Assembly: GCA_016931155.1 (NCBI GenBank)
Contig: JAFGFJ010000002.1
Location: 385-64,384, forward strand
From: Candidatus Dojkabacteria bacterium
GTDB lineage: Bacteria > Patescibacteriota > Dojkabacteria > B142 > JAFGFJ01
DNA: 64,000 bases
Direction of reading: 5' to 3'
Within the stretch, counting starts at the first letter, position 1. Each line of letters opens with the position of its first letter. This document shows positions 9,274-18,237 of the stretch, in pieces. Under the pieces are notes generated by a model. That model was not told where the DNA came from, searched no databases, and worked only from the letters and a program-made list of their open reading frames with translations. A program made the translations under genes and the position numbers.

Positions 9274-10647
9274 CTATTTACTTGTTTGAACAACTTTTAT
9301 TTGGCACAATTCCTGAAGACCATGAATCCCCCTTTCACGTCCGATGCCGGAATTTTTATATCCGCCGAATGGATCACAAGCTAAAAAACGCGATTCGTAA
9401 TTGATGGCAATTGTCCCCGCATCAATCTTTGAAGCAACCCGTTTGGCTCTTGCGAGATCTTTCGAAATTATTCGAGCACCAAGGCCGTAAACTGTATCAT
9501 TTGCAAGTTTAATCGCCTCTTTCTCTGCTCTGAAGGTTACTATTGGTAAAATCGGCCCGAAAACCTCTTCATACCAGACTTTCATATCTGGAGTAATGCC
9601 AGTTAACAAGGTTGGTGGGAAGAATGCACCTTTTAAATCTTTTGATAGTGTACTTTGAGCTATAATTTTTGCACCTTTGTCCAACGCATCTTTAAGTTGT
9701 ATATCTAGCGATCTTAACTGCCGCTCTGCAACAAGACTTCCGAGGTCAGTTTTCGGATCAAGCGGATTACCAATTTTTTGTTTTTCAGTAAGCTCTTGTA
9801 ATTCATTTATAAGGGGAGTAGCTATTTCCTCATGAGCAATTAGTCTTTTTAAGGAAGTGCAAACCTGTCCGCAATTACGGAAACGACCGGTAAATATTAC
9901 CGGTGTCGTCTGTTCTATATTTGCATCTTCGAAAACTATACATGGGTTTGATCCACCCATTTCCAGTACGACATTAATGAGTTTGTCAGCTGCAGTTTTA
10001 TATAGAGATTGTCCTGTCCTTGTGCTACCAGTAAACCACATGAGATTAATATCAGATTTGGTTAAATATTTCCCAACATCTGCTCCACCATAAACTTCAG
10101 AAAATACTCCAGTCGGTAAATTATGTTTATTAATGATTTCTTCTAATAGCTCGCCAACCAGTGGGGTCTCTTCTGAAATTTTGAAAACTACAGTGTTACC
10201 TACTATCAAGTTAGGAAATATACCCCAAATAGACATTCCGAATGGGAAATTCCATGGAGCAATACTTGCACATACGCCATATGGCTCGTATGTCATCCAG
10301 TGTAAGGAAGTTTCATCATCTAGCGTAGTTTTATCTTTTAAAGCTATCTCTCCATTTTCCAAAAACCAAGTTAGTTCATCCGTATATCTTGTAACTTCGG
10401 AAAGGCTTTCGGTAATGACTTTCCCTGTCTCAATACTAATAAGCTCGGCAATTTCTTGCGTGCGCTCCTTAAATTCATCTCGAATTGGTGTGAGTAACTT
10501 AACGCGTTCTTTTACACCAAACTTTTTCCATAGTTCTTTCGACTTATTTGCCTGGAGAACTTTTCCATCAATTTCTTCTGGTGTCGATACCTTAACCTCT
10601 CCAATTTTTTTGTAACTGTTAGCTGGATTTGTTGATATTAGTTTCAT
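9274..10647 (-). CDS. NAD(P)-dependent aldehyde dehydrogenase
   Basis: PWNFP, FTGST, LEMGG, catalytic GQVCT, EEVFGP and PFGGYKNSGIGRE motifs. Confidence 0.93.
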   Translation of the reverse strand: MKLISTNPANSYKKIGEVKVSTPEEIDGKVLQANKSKELWKKFGVKERVKLLTPIRDEFKERTQEIAELISIETGKVITESLSEVTRYTDELTWFLENGEIALKDKTTLDDETSLHWMTYEPYGVCASIAPWNFPFGMSIWGIFPNLIVGNTVVFKISEETPLVGELLEEIINKHNLPTGVFSEVYGGADVGKYLTKSDINLMWFTGSTRTGQSLYKTAADKLINVVLEMGGSNPCIVFEDANIEQTTPVIFTGRFRNCGQVCTSLKRLIAHEEIATPLINELQELTEKQKIGNPLDPKTDLGSLVAERQLRSLDIQLKDALDKGAKIIAQSTLSKDLKGAFFPPTLLTGITPDMKVWYEEVFGPILPIVTFRAEKEAIKLANDTVYGLGARIISKDLARAKRVASKIDAGTIAINYESRFLACDPFGGYKNSGIGRERGIHGLQELCQIKVVQTSK

Positions 10648-10740
10648 TATTTACAATTATACCCTCAAATTGAAATAAATTGAAAACGAATATTACTTTA
10701 AATAACATTAGTTTAATCAATTGATTATTGATGTTAAGAA

Positions 10741-10848
10741 TAATCCGGAAATAATCTCAGCAATTGCTCCAACTGTCTAATAAATTCCTCCGGGAATTTG
10801 ATACAATCAGTCCAAGAAAAAGTTCGGAGGCTGTCCCATGCACCCAGC
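10741..10848 (+). repeat. ~108-bp direct repeat, copy 1, ending in a degenerate tRNA-Asn 3' end (att-like)
   Basis: Highly similar to 13060-13166. Ends AAGTTCGGAGGCTGTCCCATGCACCCAGC versus tRNA AAGTTCGAATCTTACCCATCCAGC. Confidence 0.85.
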
Positions 10849-10965
10849 CAAAACCCCAATAGTGCTACCCGGTGGACACATTCAAAATTATTCTATATAA
10901 AAATAATTTTGGTATTTTGAATTCACAAATAGAAATCCTACTAAAAATGAGCTAAAATACGCTCA

Positions 10966-11532
10966 ATGATACAAAAAACATTACGAGATAAACTTATAAA
11001 GGAATCGAGATATATAATGAGTCAAGATAAAATGTATCATGATTTTGCACATGCATTTTCTGTTTATAAAAATGCACAAATACTATTAGAAAAATTAGGA
11101 GGAGATGAAATAATTATACTAACATCTGCTTTATTTCATGACATCGCACGTGATCAGGATAACCATGAAAAAATTGGTGCTCGCATGCTTGAAGATATTT
11201 TAAGTAACATCAAGGAATTCCCTAAGAGTAAAATTAAGGTCACGTGCAAAGCTGTCGAGAGGCATGAGAAGGGACAAATTACTCATGAAGAAAAAATTCT
11301 TTCAGATGCGGATAAGATGGATGCCTTCAACGAACTCGGCGTTGCGAGAGGTTTAATGATGGCAGCAAAGCGAGGTCCAACACTACATGAATCAATTAGT
11401 TCTTATCTGCAACTTTGTAGGGAAAAATGGTATAAAAACATGCATTTTGATATCTCAAGAGAATTGATAGCAGAGGACAAACAGAGGACCGAAAAATTGC
11501 TCGATGAGATGCTAGACAAATACAGTACTTAA
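10966..11532 (+). CDS. HD-domain phosphohydrolase
   Basis: YHDFAHA, ALFHDI, HEKIGA and LSDADKMDA motifs. Confidence 0.88.
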   Translation: MIQKTLRDKLIKESRYIMSQDKMYHDFAHAFSVYKNAQILLEKLGGDEIIILTSALFHDIARDQDNHEKIGARMLEDILSNIKEFPKSKIKVTCKAVERHEKGQITHEEKILSDADKMDAFNELGVARGLMMAAKRGPTLHESISSYLQLCREKWYKNMHFDISRELIAEDKQRTEKLLDEMLDKYST

Positions 11533-11735
11533 ACGCTAAAATTTCCTTTATTCTCCTCGATAGAGTCTATTTCTTTTGTATCATAAGTCCTCCGAAGGTT
11601 TAGACAATTCGAACCTATGGTTTATGCAAACTCGGAATTGTATTCCAAATTTACTTATTATATAACCTTAGGAGTGCTCCTACGCCCATTCCTAAGGTAT
11701 TGTATTACGTTAGGAATAATGTTAATATGATTCCT

Positions 11736-12971
11736 ATGGAAGTAACAGAACAACAAAAAAAAGCAATAGAACTTCTTAACCCTTGGCATACAGGCAAAAA
11801 GGTAGACTTAGGCATTCTTCGTACTGGATATCTAACAAAAATCTCTGATATCGTTAATACAAGGAAACAAATCCTTTTTATCCTTGGTTCACGTAGAGTT
11901 GGTAAAACGGTTACTTTATTTCAATATATTCACCAATTAATCAACCAAGGGGTTAGTCCTAAAACAATTTTATTCCTTAGTTTAGATAATACAAATTTAG
12001 AAGGATTAGATCTTTTTACATACTTAACTGAATCAAAATATAAATATATCTTTTTAGATGAAGTCCACTATTTCCCAAAATGGGCACAAATATTGAAGTC
12101 TTTGTATGATCTTCCTAATAATCGGTCGAAAATAATCTGTTCTGGATCTTCAAGTAAGCTTATCGAAGACAACAAAGCTTTTTTAACGGGAAGAAGTACT
12201 TCGATTACTATATACCCGCTTTCTTATATAGAATTCCAAAAATTCAACAAAAATAGTGATAAGTTAGATGATTATCTCTACTACGGAGGATATCCTGAAT
12301 ATGTTCTTGAAAAACAACCCAATTATCTCAATGAGTTATTAAGAGATGTGATTGAGAAAGATATCTCAAAATTACATAGTATTAAAAATAATAAATATCT
12401 TTTTGATATTTGTGAAATTTTGGCTAAGCAAATTGGTTTTAAAGGATCATCAAACAAGATAGCAAAAGTTCTTGGACTAGATAATAAAACTGCACTAAAT
12501 TATATTGAATATCTTAGAGAGGTAAAACTGATAGAAACAGTATACCAATATTCAGATAGCCTAAATGAACGATTATATGCACCAAAGAAATACTATTTTA
12601 ACGATCTAGGCATGAGGAATAGTTTCGTAGGTTTTTCAGACATAGGATCATTAGTAGAAAATGCAGTTTTCATAAAACTAGATGAACTATACGGAAGCGA
12701 AAATATTTATTATCTATCTGATACTACCGCAAACGAAGTGGACTTTGTCGTTACAATGAAAAACGATGAGGTAATATTTATTGAGTCAAAATACAGGGAT
12801 CTGCAAGAAAGTATTCTAAATAGTTTGAGTAAGTCTTTTTCAAAAGATATTTTTAGTAAAAAAGTTGCGAGAAGAGTTGTTATTACAAATAGTGTTGACG
12901 AAAAAATCAATTTCAAAAATGTTGAAATAGAACTTATCAGTCTTGTGAAATTTTTAGAAAGGTCCCTGTAA
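11736..12971 (+). CDS. AAA_14 / DUF4143 ATP-binding protein
   Basis: GSRRVGKT, FLDEVH, SGSSS, LTGR, GGYPE, KYYFNDLG and EVDFV motifs. Confidence 0.88.
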   Translation: MEVTEQQKKAIELLNPWHTGKKVDLGILRTGYLTKISDIVNTRKQILFILGSRRVGKTVTLFQYIHQLINQGVSPKTILFLSLDNTNLEGLDLFTYLTESKYKYIFLDEVHYFPKWAQILKSLYDLPNNRSKIICSGSSSKLIEDNKAFLTGRSTSITIYPLSYIEFQKFNKNSDKLDDYLYYGGYPEYVLEKQPNYLNELLRDVIEKDISKLHSIKNNKYLFDICEILAKQIGFKGSSNKIAKVLGLDNKTALNYIEYLREVKLIETVYQYSDSLNERLYAPKKYYFNDLGMRNSFVGFSDIGSLVENAVFIKLDELYGSENIYYLSDTTANEVDFVVTMKNDEVIFIESKYRDLQESILNSLSKSFSKDIFSKKVARRVVITNSVDEKINFKNVEIELISLVKFLERSL

Positions 12972-13059
12972 TTGGGCAACATTAACTTCAATGCCAGTCA
13001 AATTTGGTGCGTCCCACTCACCAAATTATACAAAATACAGTGAGTGCCGGTATTACGTA

Positions 13060-13166
13060 TAATTCGGAAATAATTTTGCAATTGCTCCAACTGCCATATA
13101 AATTCCCCCGGAAATTTGATGCAATCAGTCCAGGGAAAAGTTCGGAAGCTGTCCCATGCACCCAGC
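13060..13166 (+). repeat. ~108-bp direct repeat, copy 2 (att-like)
   Basis: Matches 10741-10848 and continues CCAGCTT, like the tRNA-Asn 3' end and its flank. Confidence 0.85.
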
Positions 13167-13199
13167 TTCACACCATTTTCACAACCAACTATGTATAAT
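13167..13199 (+). promoter_or_regulatory. OmpR-type direct-repeat box plus -10 element
   Basis: TTCACA-N5-TTCACA (11-bp period), TATAAT at 13194-13199, ATG 5 nt later. Confidence 0.55.
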
Positions 13200-13204
13200 T
13201 AGAC

Positions 13205-13870
13205 ATGAAAATACTGATTGTCGAGGACGAGGACGCCATACGGGAAGTGGAGAAAGCATATCTTGCTCGTACAGGCTATAAAATCGTCGAGGCAAAAAGC
13301 GGTCAGGAAGCAATGATTAAATTTAGAAAGAGCAAATTTGATCTTATCATTCTTGATTTAAATCTGCCAGGGAAAGAAGGAATAGCAGTGTGTAGAGAGA
13401 TAAGGCAGATCTCAACAGTACCAATAATAATGGTCACTGCAAGAGTCGAGGAAATCGATGAAATAATCGGACTTGAAATAGGCGCAGATGACTACATCAA
13501 AAAACCTTTTTCTCCTGGCATCCTTGTTGCAAGAGTAAACTCACACCTTAGAAAAGCAAAAAGATACTCCATCAAAATAAATGGTCTGGTAATTGATCCA
13601 GAAAAAATGATCGTCGTAAAAAACAACAAAATAATCACTTTAACGACAACTCAGTTTAATATTCTCTATACTCTTGCCACACATCCCGGAAAGGTATATA
13701 CGAGAGATGAGATACTAAACCATGCATATGACAAGTCACTGCCTCCTGATATTCTTGATAGAACTGTTGACGCACATGTAAAGAGCATAAGAAAAGCAAT
13801 TGAGGCAGATCCTGCCAATCCTGAATACATTTTAACTGTTATTGGGAAAGGATATAAATTCCATGAATAA
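13205..13870 (+). CDS. OmpR/BaeR-family response regulator
   Basis: ILIVEDE, LDLNLP, GADDYIKKPF and wHTH RTVDAHVKSIR...TVIGKGYK motifs. Confidence 0.93.
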   Translation: MKILIVEDEDAIREVEKAYLARTGYKIVEAKSGQEAMIKFRKSKFDLIILDLNLPGKEGIAVCREIRQISTVPIIMVTARVEEIDEIIGLEIGADDYIKKPFSPGILVARVNSHLRKAKRYSIKINGLVIDPEKMIVVKNNKIITLTTTQFNILYTLATHPGKVYTRDEILNHAYDKSLPPDILDRTVDAHVKSIRKAIEADPANPEYILTVIGKGYKFHE

Positions 13871-14984
13871 AACTGCCTTCAAAATAACATTAATAATTGC
13901 CGTATTTTGCACAACACTTCTTGCACTATTGAACTTTATGGTAATAGAAAGAAGCAGAAAAGCCTTTATTGAGGTAATCAATAGGGGAGCAATAAGAGTA
14001 GAAAGACCTATCGATGAGTTTGATAACCGACAGGGACAATTCATTTTTGAAACATCGGATAGAGATGCTGACGACACAAAAAGAACAAGGGGTCCAATCG
14101 AGACCTTCACTGCAACTTTCCAAAAATCTCTTCTTCTAATAAACCTGATAGGAATAATAGCATCGGTGGGAATTGGTTTTCTTGCAGCTCGCATTATTAC
14201 AGAACCACTGGGTCAGCTTGAGAAAGGAGTTAAAAAACTTCAGGAAAATGACTACAAGTTTAAGCTTGGCAAAACAGGTACTCATGAATTTGACAAAGTA
14301 ATCGATGAGTTTAACCATTTGACAACGGAACTGGAACGAGTTGAAACACTGCGAAAAGACCTGATATCAGACACAACTCATGAACTCAAGACTCCAGTTA
14401 CAAGCCTTATCGGACAGCTTGAGGGGATCAAAGACGGGGTTTTAAAACCCGACAAAAAAAGATTACAAGTATTAATAGATCAGGTAAACAGGCTTGATGA
14501 TTTGGTCGAGAGAATGCAAGAATACTCAAGATTAAGAAGCAAAACTGCGAAATTGAAAATTGTAAGCTTTTTACTTAAACCTTTCTTAAGAGAATTAATA
14601 AAGCCTTACAGTAGAGAATTAAAAGGAATTAAGATAATTCTGGAAATTAATCCTGACTACTTTCTCAAAGCAGATAAGTCACTGTTCGAAAGAGTAATAA
14701 TAAATCTTCTAGAGAACTCACTAAAGTATTCCAGGGGAAATATAATTACAATCAAAGCAAATGAGAATACAATAACTTTTGAAGATAACGGGATAGGTAT
14801 TCCTGCAAATAATATGCCATATATTTTCGAAAGGTTTTACAGAGTAGAAAAATCACGGAATAGAAAGACAGGAGGACTTGGACTGGGACTGGCAATAGTT
14901 AAAGAAATCATAGAAGCACACGGATGGAAGATAGAAGCTCATAATGGTAAAAAGAGTGGACTATGTTATACCATTAAATTCTAA
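13863..14984 (+). CDS. HAMP sensor histidine kinase (BaeS-like)
   Basis: Two TM helices, HAMP, THELKTP, NLLENSLKY, DNGIGI and GLGLGLAI motifs. Confidence 0.93.
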   Translation: MNKTAFKITLIIAVFCTTLLALLNFMVIERSRKAFIEVINRGAIRVERPIDEFDNRQGQFIFETSDRDADDTKRTRGPIETFTATFQKSLLLINLIGIIASVGIGFLAARIITEPLGQLEKGVKKLQENDYKFKLGKTGTHEFDKVIDEFNHLTTELERVETLRKDLISDTTHELKTPVTSLIGQLEGIKDGVLKPDKKRLQVLIDQVNRLDDLVERMQEYSRLRSKTAKLKIVSFLLKPFLRELIKPYSRELKGIKIILEINPDYFLKADKSLFERVIINLLENSLKYSRGNIITIKANENTITFEDNGIGIPANNMPYIFERFYRVEKSRNRKTGGLGLGLAIVKEIIEAHGWKIEAHNGKKSGLCYTIKF

Positions 14985-15006
14985 AAGTTTTTATTAAGGT
15001 ATAGCC

Positions 15007-15057
15007 ATCTACTGAGACTCCGAGCTTCGCCCATAGGTTTAAAATCGGTTATACTAA
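15007..15057 (+). repeat. ~50-bp dispersed repeat, copy 1
   Basis: ACTGAGACT...GCTTCGCCCATAGGTTTAAAATCGGTTATACTAA, nearly identical to 30245-30297. Confidence 0.75.
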
Positions 15058-15064
15058 TTATCAT

Positions 15065-15097
15065 GAGCAGCCCCGATTTTCAATCGGGGCTGCTCTA
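15065..15097. terminator. GC-rich hairpin between convergent genes
   Basis: GAGCAGCCCCGATT-TTC-AATCGGGGCTGCTC perfect inverted repeat. Confidence 0.65.
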
Positions 15098-15105
15098 AAC
15101 TATAC

Positions 15106-16926
15106 TCACTCACCTCTTATTGCCTCTACCGGACTAGTGTTTGCTGCATGATTTGCAGGTATTAGACTTATAGTAATTGCTATCACAAATAATAGGATAG
15201 AATACAATCCAAACATCTGCCAATCGATATGATTAAAAATAGAACTGTCTACAGGATTCACCACAGAGAAAGCCTCCTCAAGCGTCTTTGACAGGAAATT
15301 ATTAAAAGCAATATTCATAGCTCCTGAAAGCCCAATTGTTGTTGCTATTCCTCCAGCTGCTCCTATAACATACCCCACCAGAGTATACAAAACAGCTTGT
15401 GAAATAAATAATATTCTTATATTTGACTTTGTCATCCCAAGTGCCCTGTGTATACCTATTTCTCTTTTTGCTTCACTAACAAATTTTCCCATCGTAAATA
15501 TAGTTACAACAATACTCAGTCCAATAAAAACGATAGAAGTCAGTAACACAACTGTACTCAATGTAGACTTCAATTCATCAATTACATCAAGATCACTTAA
15601 ATCCTGGTAGGCATAACCCAAGTCGTTTAATTGATGAATCACGTCAGTCCTGGAATAAATATCCTTTACCCTGATAAAAATAGTCGTCCCCGTAATTGCA
15701 GAATTATCATAAACCGACACATCATTAATTTCCCCAACCACGTTACCTTCATCATCGAACTCTATTACAAGCCCTGGAATCGCATAGCTTTCAGAGTTAC
15801 TGTCAGAACTATTCATCGCATTTCCAGATCCAAATCCAACCATTCTCCCCATTTTAGGCACATTAAACCCACTTCCACTTGACAAACTTAAACCATCATA
15901 CGTCATACCGGTAAAGTTGTTATTTAATAGATCCGTGTCCAGAGTCTTTGAAGTTCTTGCCTCAATTTGATTTTGAATATAGCCTTTCATCAACTCGCTC
16001 GCAGCCTCTTCAGGTATGTAAGAAGATCTCTCCATCGCATTTTCAATTAGACCGACAACCTTAAAAGTATAAGCCATCGGAGTATTTATTTTTTCATAAT
16101 CCCAATAAGGAGATATTGCTGCAATCCTGTCAGCTTCATTTTGAGCGATTTCATCTTCAGTCAATCTAGTAAATATCATGCCTGTATTACCAGGTTCTGT
16201 TGTAAATGTTTGAATTTCATCTAAACCTCCTATTTCCAAAATAATTTCTTTTCCAATCAAATCCTTTTTTTCATAATCAATAGCTTTCGTCTTCACTGGA
16301 GAATCCTCATTTTGACCTGAACTACCCACAGCAGCACCTTCCCCTGGTCTTCTCATCTCAAACTTCACAGTAATACTTTCCTTCCCTTGCCAATCCTCAT
16401 ACCTCTGCATAAAATCATTTGCATTTATTACAATAGGAATTGCCCGTCCCTCTGTATAAGAAAAGTCATCAACTGTATATTGAGAAGCAAAACCTTTATC
16501 AATCCCAACAAGCTGATTCACACTTGTAGAGATATTCTCAAAAAGACTTGTAGTATTGATACGTGATATGGGAAGAGTGGAAAGAATACTTGCATTTATA
16601 ACTCCATCAATTGATTCAATTTTATCAACATCACTGGATGAAAAGTTTTCTTCCGTTGAACTACTTTGACCAAATCTAACTTGAGAACCACCACCTTCTC
16701 CAGATCTTTGAAAGGTTGGCTGTTTCGTAAGTTCTAGAGTCAATGCCTGATCAGTCAGCGTTCCAAATATACTTTCCTCCGATGCTTTCAAAATATTTTT
16801 CGCTTCACTTGTAATAACTATACTAAGGCCTACAAGCAAAGCAACAGGAATAATCAAAAACATTGCTTTTTTCTTGTGGGAAAAAAGCTTTTTTATGTTT
16901 AAATAAAATGAATTAACAATGTTCAT
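15106..16926 (-). CDS. ABC transporter permease, FtsX/MacB family
   Basis: N-terminal TM, large extracytoplasmic domain, REIGIHRALG and PA..AA..SPVEAIR motifs. Confidence 0.88.
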   Translation of the reverse strand: MNIVNSFYLNIKKLFSHKKKAMFLIIPVALLVGLSIVITSEAKNILKASEESIFGTLTDQALTLELTKQPTFQRSGEGGGSQVRFGQSSSTEENFSSSDVDKIESIDGVINASILSTLPISRINTTSLFENISTSVNQLVGIDKGFASQYTVDDFSYTEGRAIPIVINANDFMQRYEDWQGKESITVKFEMRRPGEGAAVGSSGQNEDSPVKTKAIDYEKKDLIGKEIILEIGGLDEIQTFTTEPGNTGMIFTRLTEDEIAQNEADRIAAISPYWDYEKINTPMAYTFKVVGLIENAMERSSYIPEEAASELMKGYIQNQIEARTSKTLDTDLLNNNFTGMTYDGLSLSSGSGFNVPKMGRMVGFGSGNAMNSSDSNSESYAIPGLVIEFDDEGNVVGEINDVSVYDNSAITGTTIFIRVKDIYSRTDVIHQLNDLGYAYQDLSDLDVIDELKSTLSTVVLLTSIVFIGLSIVVTIFTMGKFVSEAKREIGIHRALGMTKSNIRILFISQAVLYTLVGYVIGAAGGIATTIGLSGAMNIAFNNFLSKTLEEAFSVVNPVDSSIFNHIDWQMFGLYSILLFVIAITISLIPANHAANTSPVEAIRGE

Positions 16927-16962
16927 GTCAATGAAATTAATAATTAAAAATAATCATGCAAT

Positions 16963-17619
16963 TTACTTAATTGCACCTTTATCAAGCCTTAAAGTATTTT
17001 TAAACTGCCTGCTGATAGACTCATCATGTGTAATAGTAACAACACTTACCCCACTCTTTGCAATCATGTCAAAGATTTCTACAACCTTCTCAGCATTTCC
17101 ACGATCAAGATTTCCAGTAGGCTCGTCAGCGAGAATAAGACTTGGATTGTTAGCCAAAGCCCTGGCTATTGCAACCCTTTGCATCTCACCACCGGACATG
17201 AATTTAGGCTTATAATTTAGCCGATCCTGTAAACCCATTCGTACAAGAAGCTTTTCAGCCTCTTTCAGAGACTCCAGTCGAGGTCTTCCAGAAATTAGAA
17301 GAGGAAAAGCGACATTTTCTTTCGCAGTAAAAAAATCATGCAGGTTGAAAAATTGGAAAATGAATCCAATCGTTTTATTCCTGAATTCTGAAAGCTCTTT
17401 ATCAGAAAGTTTGGAAATCTCCTTGCCTGCAACTATTATTTTACCCCCTGTAGGTTTATCAAGACCCCCAAGCAGATTAAGAAAAGTTGATTTGCCTGAG
17501 CCTGAAGGTCCAATAACAGCAAGACTTTCCCCAACTGGAAGCCTATATGTAATACTATTAAGCGCTTTAACGTGCGGATACTTCTTAGAAACCGACTCAA
17601 GTTCAATAATATTTTTCAC
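16963..17619 (-). CDS. ABC transporter ATP-binding protein (LolD/MacB type)
   Basis: GPSGSGKST, MSGGEMQRVAIARAL and LADEPTGNLD motifs. Confidence 0.95.
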   Translation of the reverse strand: MKNIIELESVSKKYPHVKALNSITYRLPVGESLAVIGPSGSGKSTFLNLLGGLDKPTGGKIIVAGKEISKLSDKELSEFRNKTIGFIFQFFNLHDFFTAKENVAFPLLISGRPRLESLKEAEKLLVRMGLQDRLNYKPKFMSGGEMQRVAIARALANNPSLILADEPTGNLDRGNAEKVVEIFDMIAKSGVSVVTITHDESISRQFKNTLRLDKGAIK

Positions 17620-17830
17620 TGGTTTAAGAGATAAAGTAAAATAACTATGTGAAATTTAACCTTATTGTATGAATTTAGTTTGAAGAAAGGGAAAATATTT
17701 AATTGACGAACCTATAGCCGGGAAGGAAGAAATCTCTCCAAGAATCACATGCTTCAAAAAAGCTCAAAAACGATCAGATACGCCATAACGTTATGAAATA
17801 ACCGACATTTTTATCAACAACATCTTTAAT

Positions 17831-18190
17831 TTAGGCAACCCCTTTATATTTCCAAACCTGAAATTTATAAGTTGGCGTAATTAAAGAAAGAATACCAATA
17901 GGTAAATCTTTTATTGGACATCCCCTAAAATATTCTACCCCAAGCTTCATAAATCGCACTTCAACCAGCTCAAAACCCTTTTTATTGGCAAGTCTCTCAG
18001 TACACTCGTCTGATCTCAACATAAACGTCGTCTTTGTACGCACACTGCCATATCGCATTGGCATTTCATATACTACTTTTGTTGTTTCAAAATCATCAAT
18101 TCCTAATACATCACTACCCGCATTTTCATTAGAAACACTTGTAATAAAGTGTCCCCCTGGTTTCAATACAGAAGCCACATTTTCAAACAC
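17831..18190 (-). pseudogene. C-terminal fragment of a class I SAM-dependent methyltransferase
   Basis: VASVLKPGGHF motif at the very start. An in-frame stop lies a few codons upstream and SAM-binding motif I is missing. Confidence 0.55.
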
Positions 18191-18237
18191 CTGAGACAGC
18201 AGTTTTCAAATACACTTATTTAAGCTAAACTTTACCT

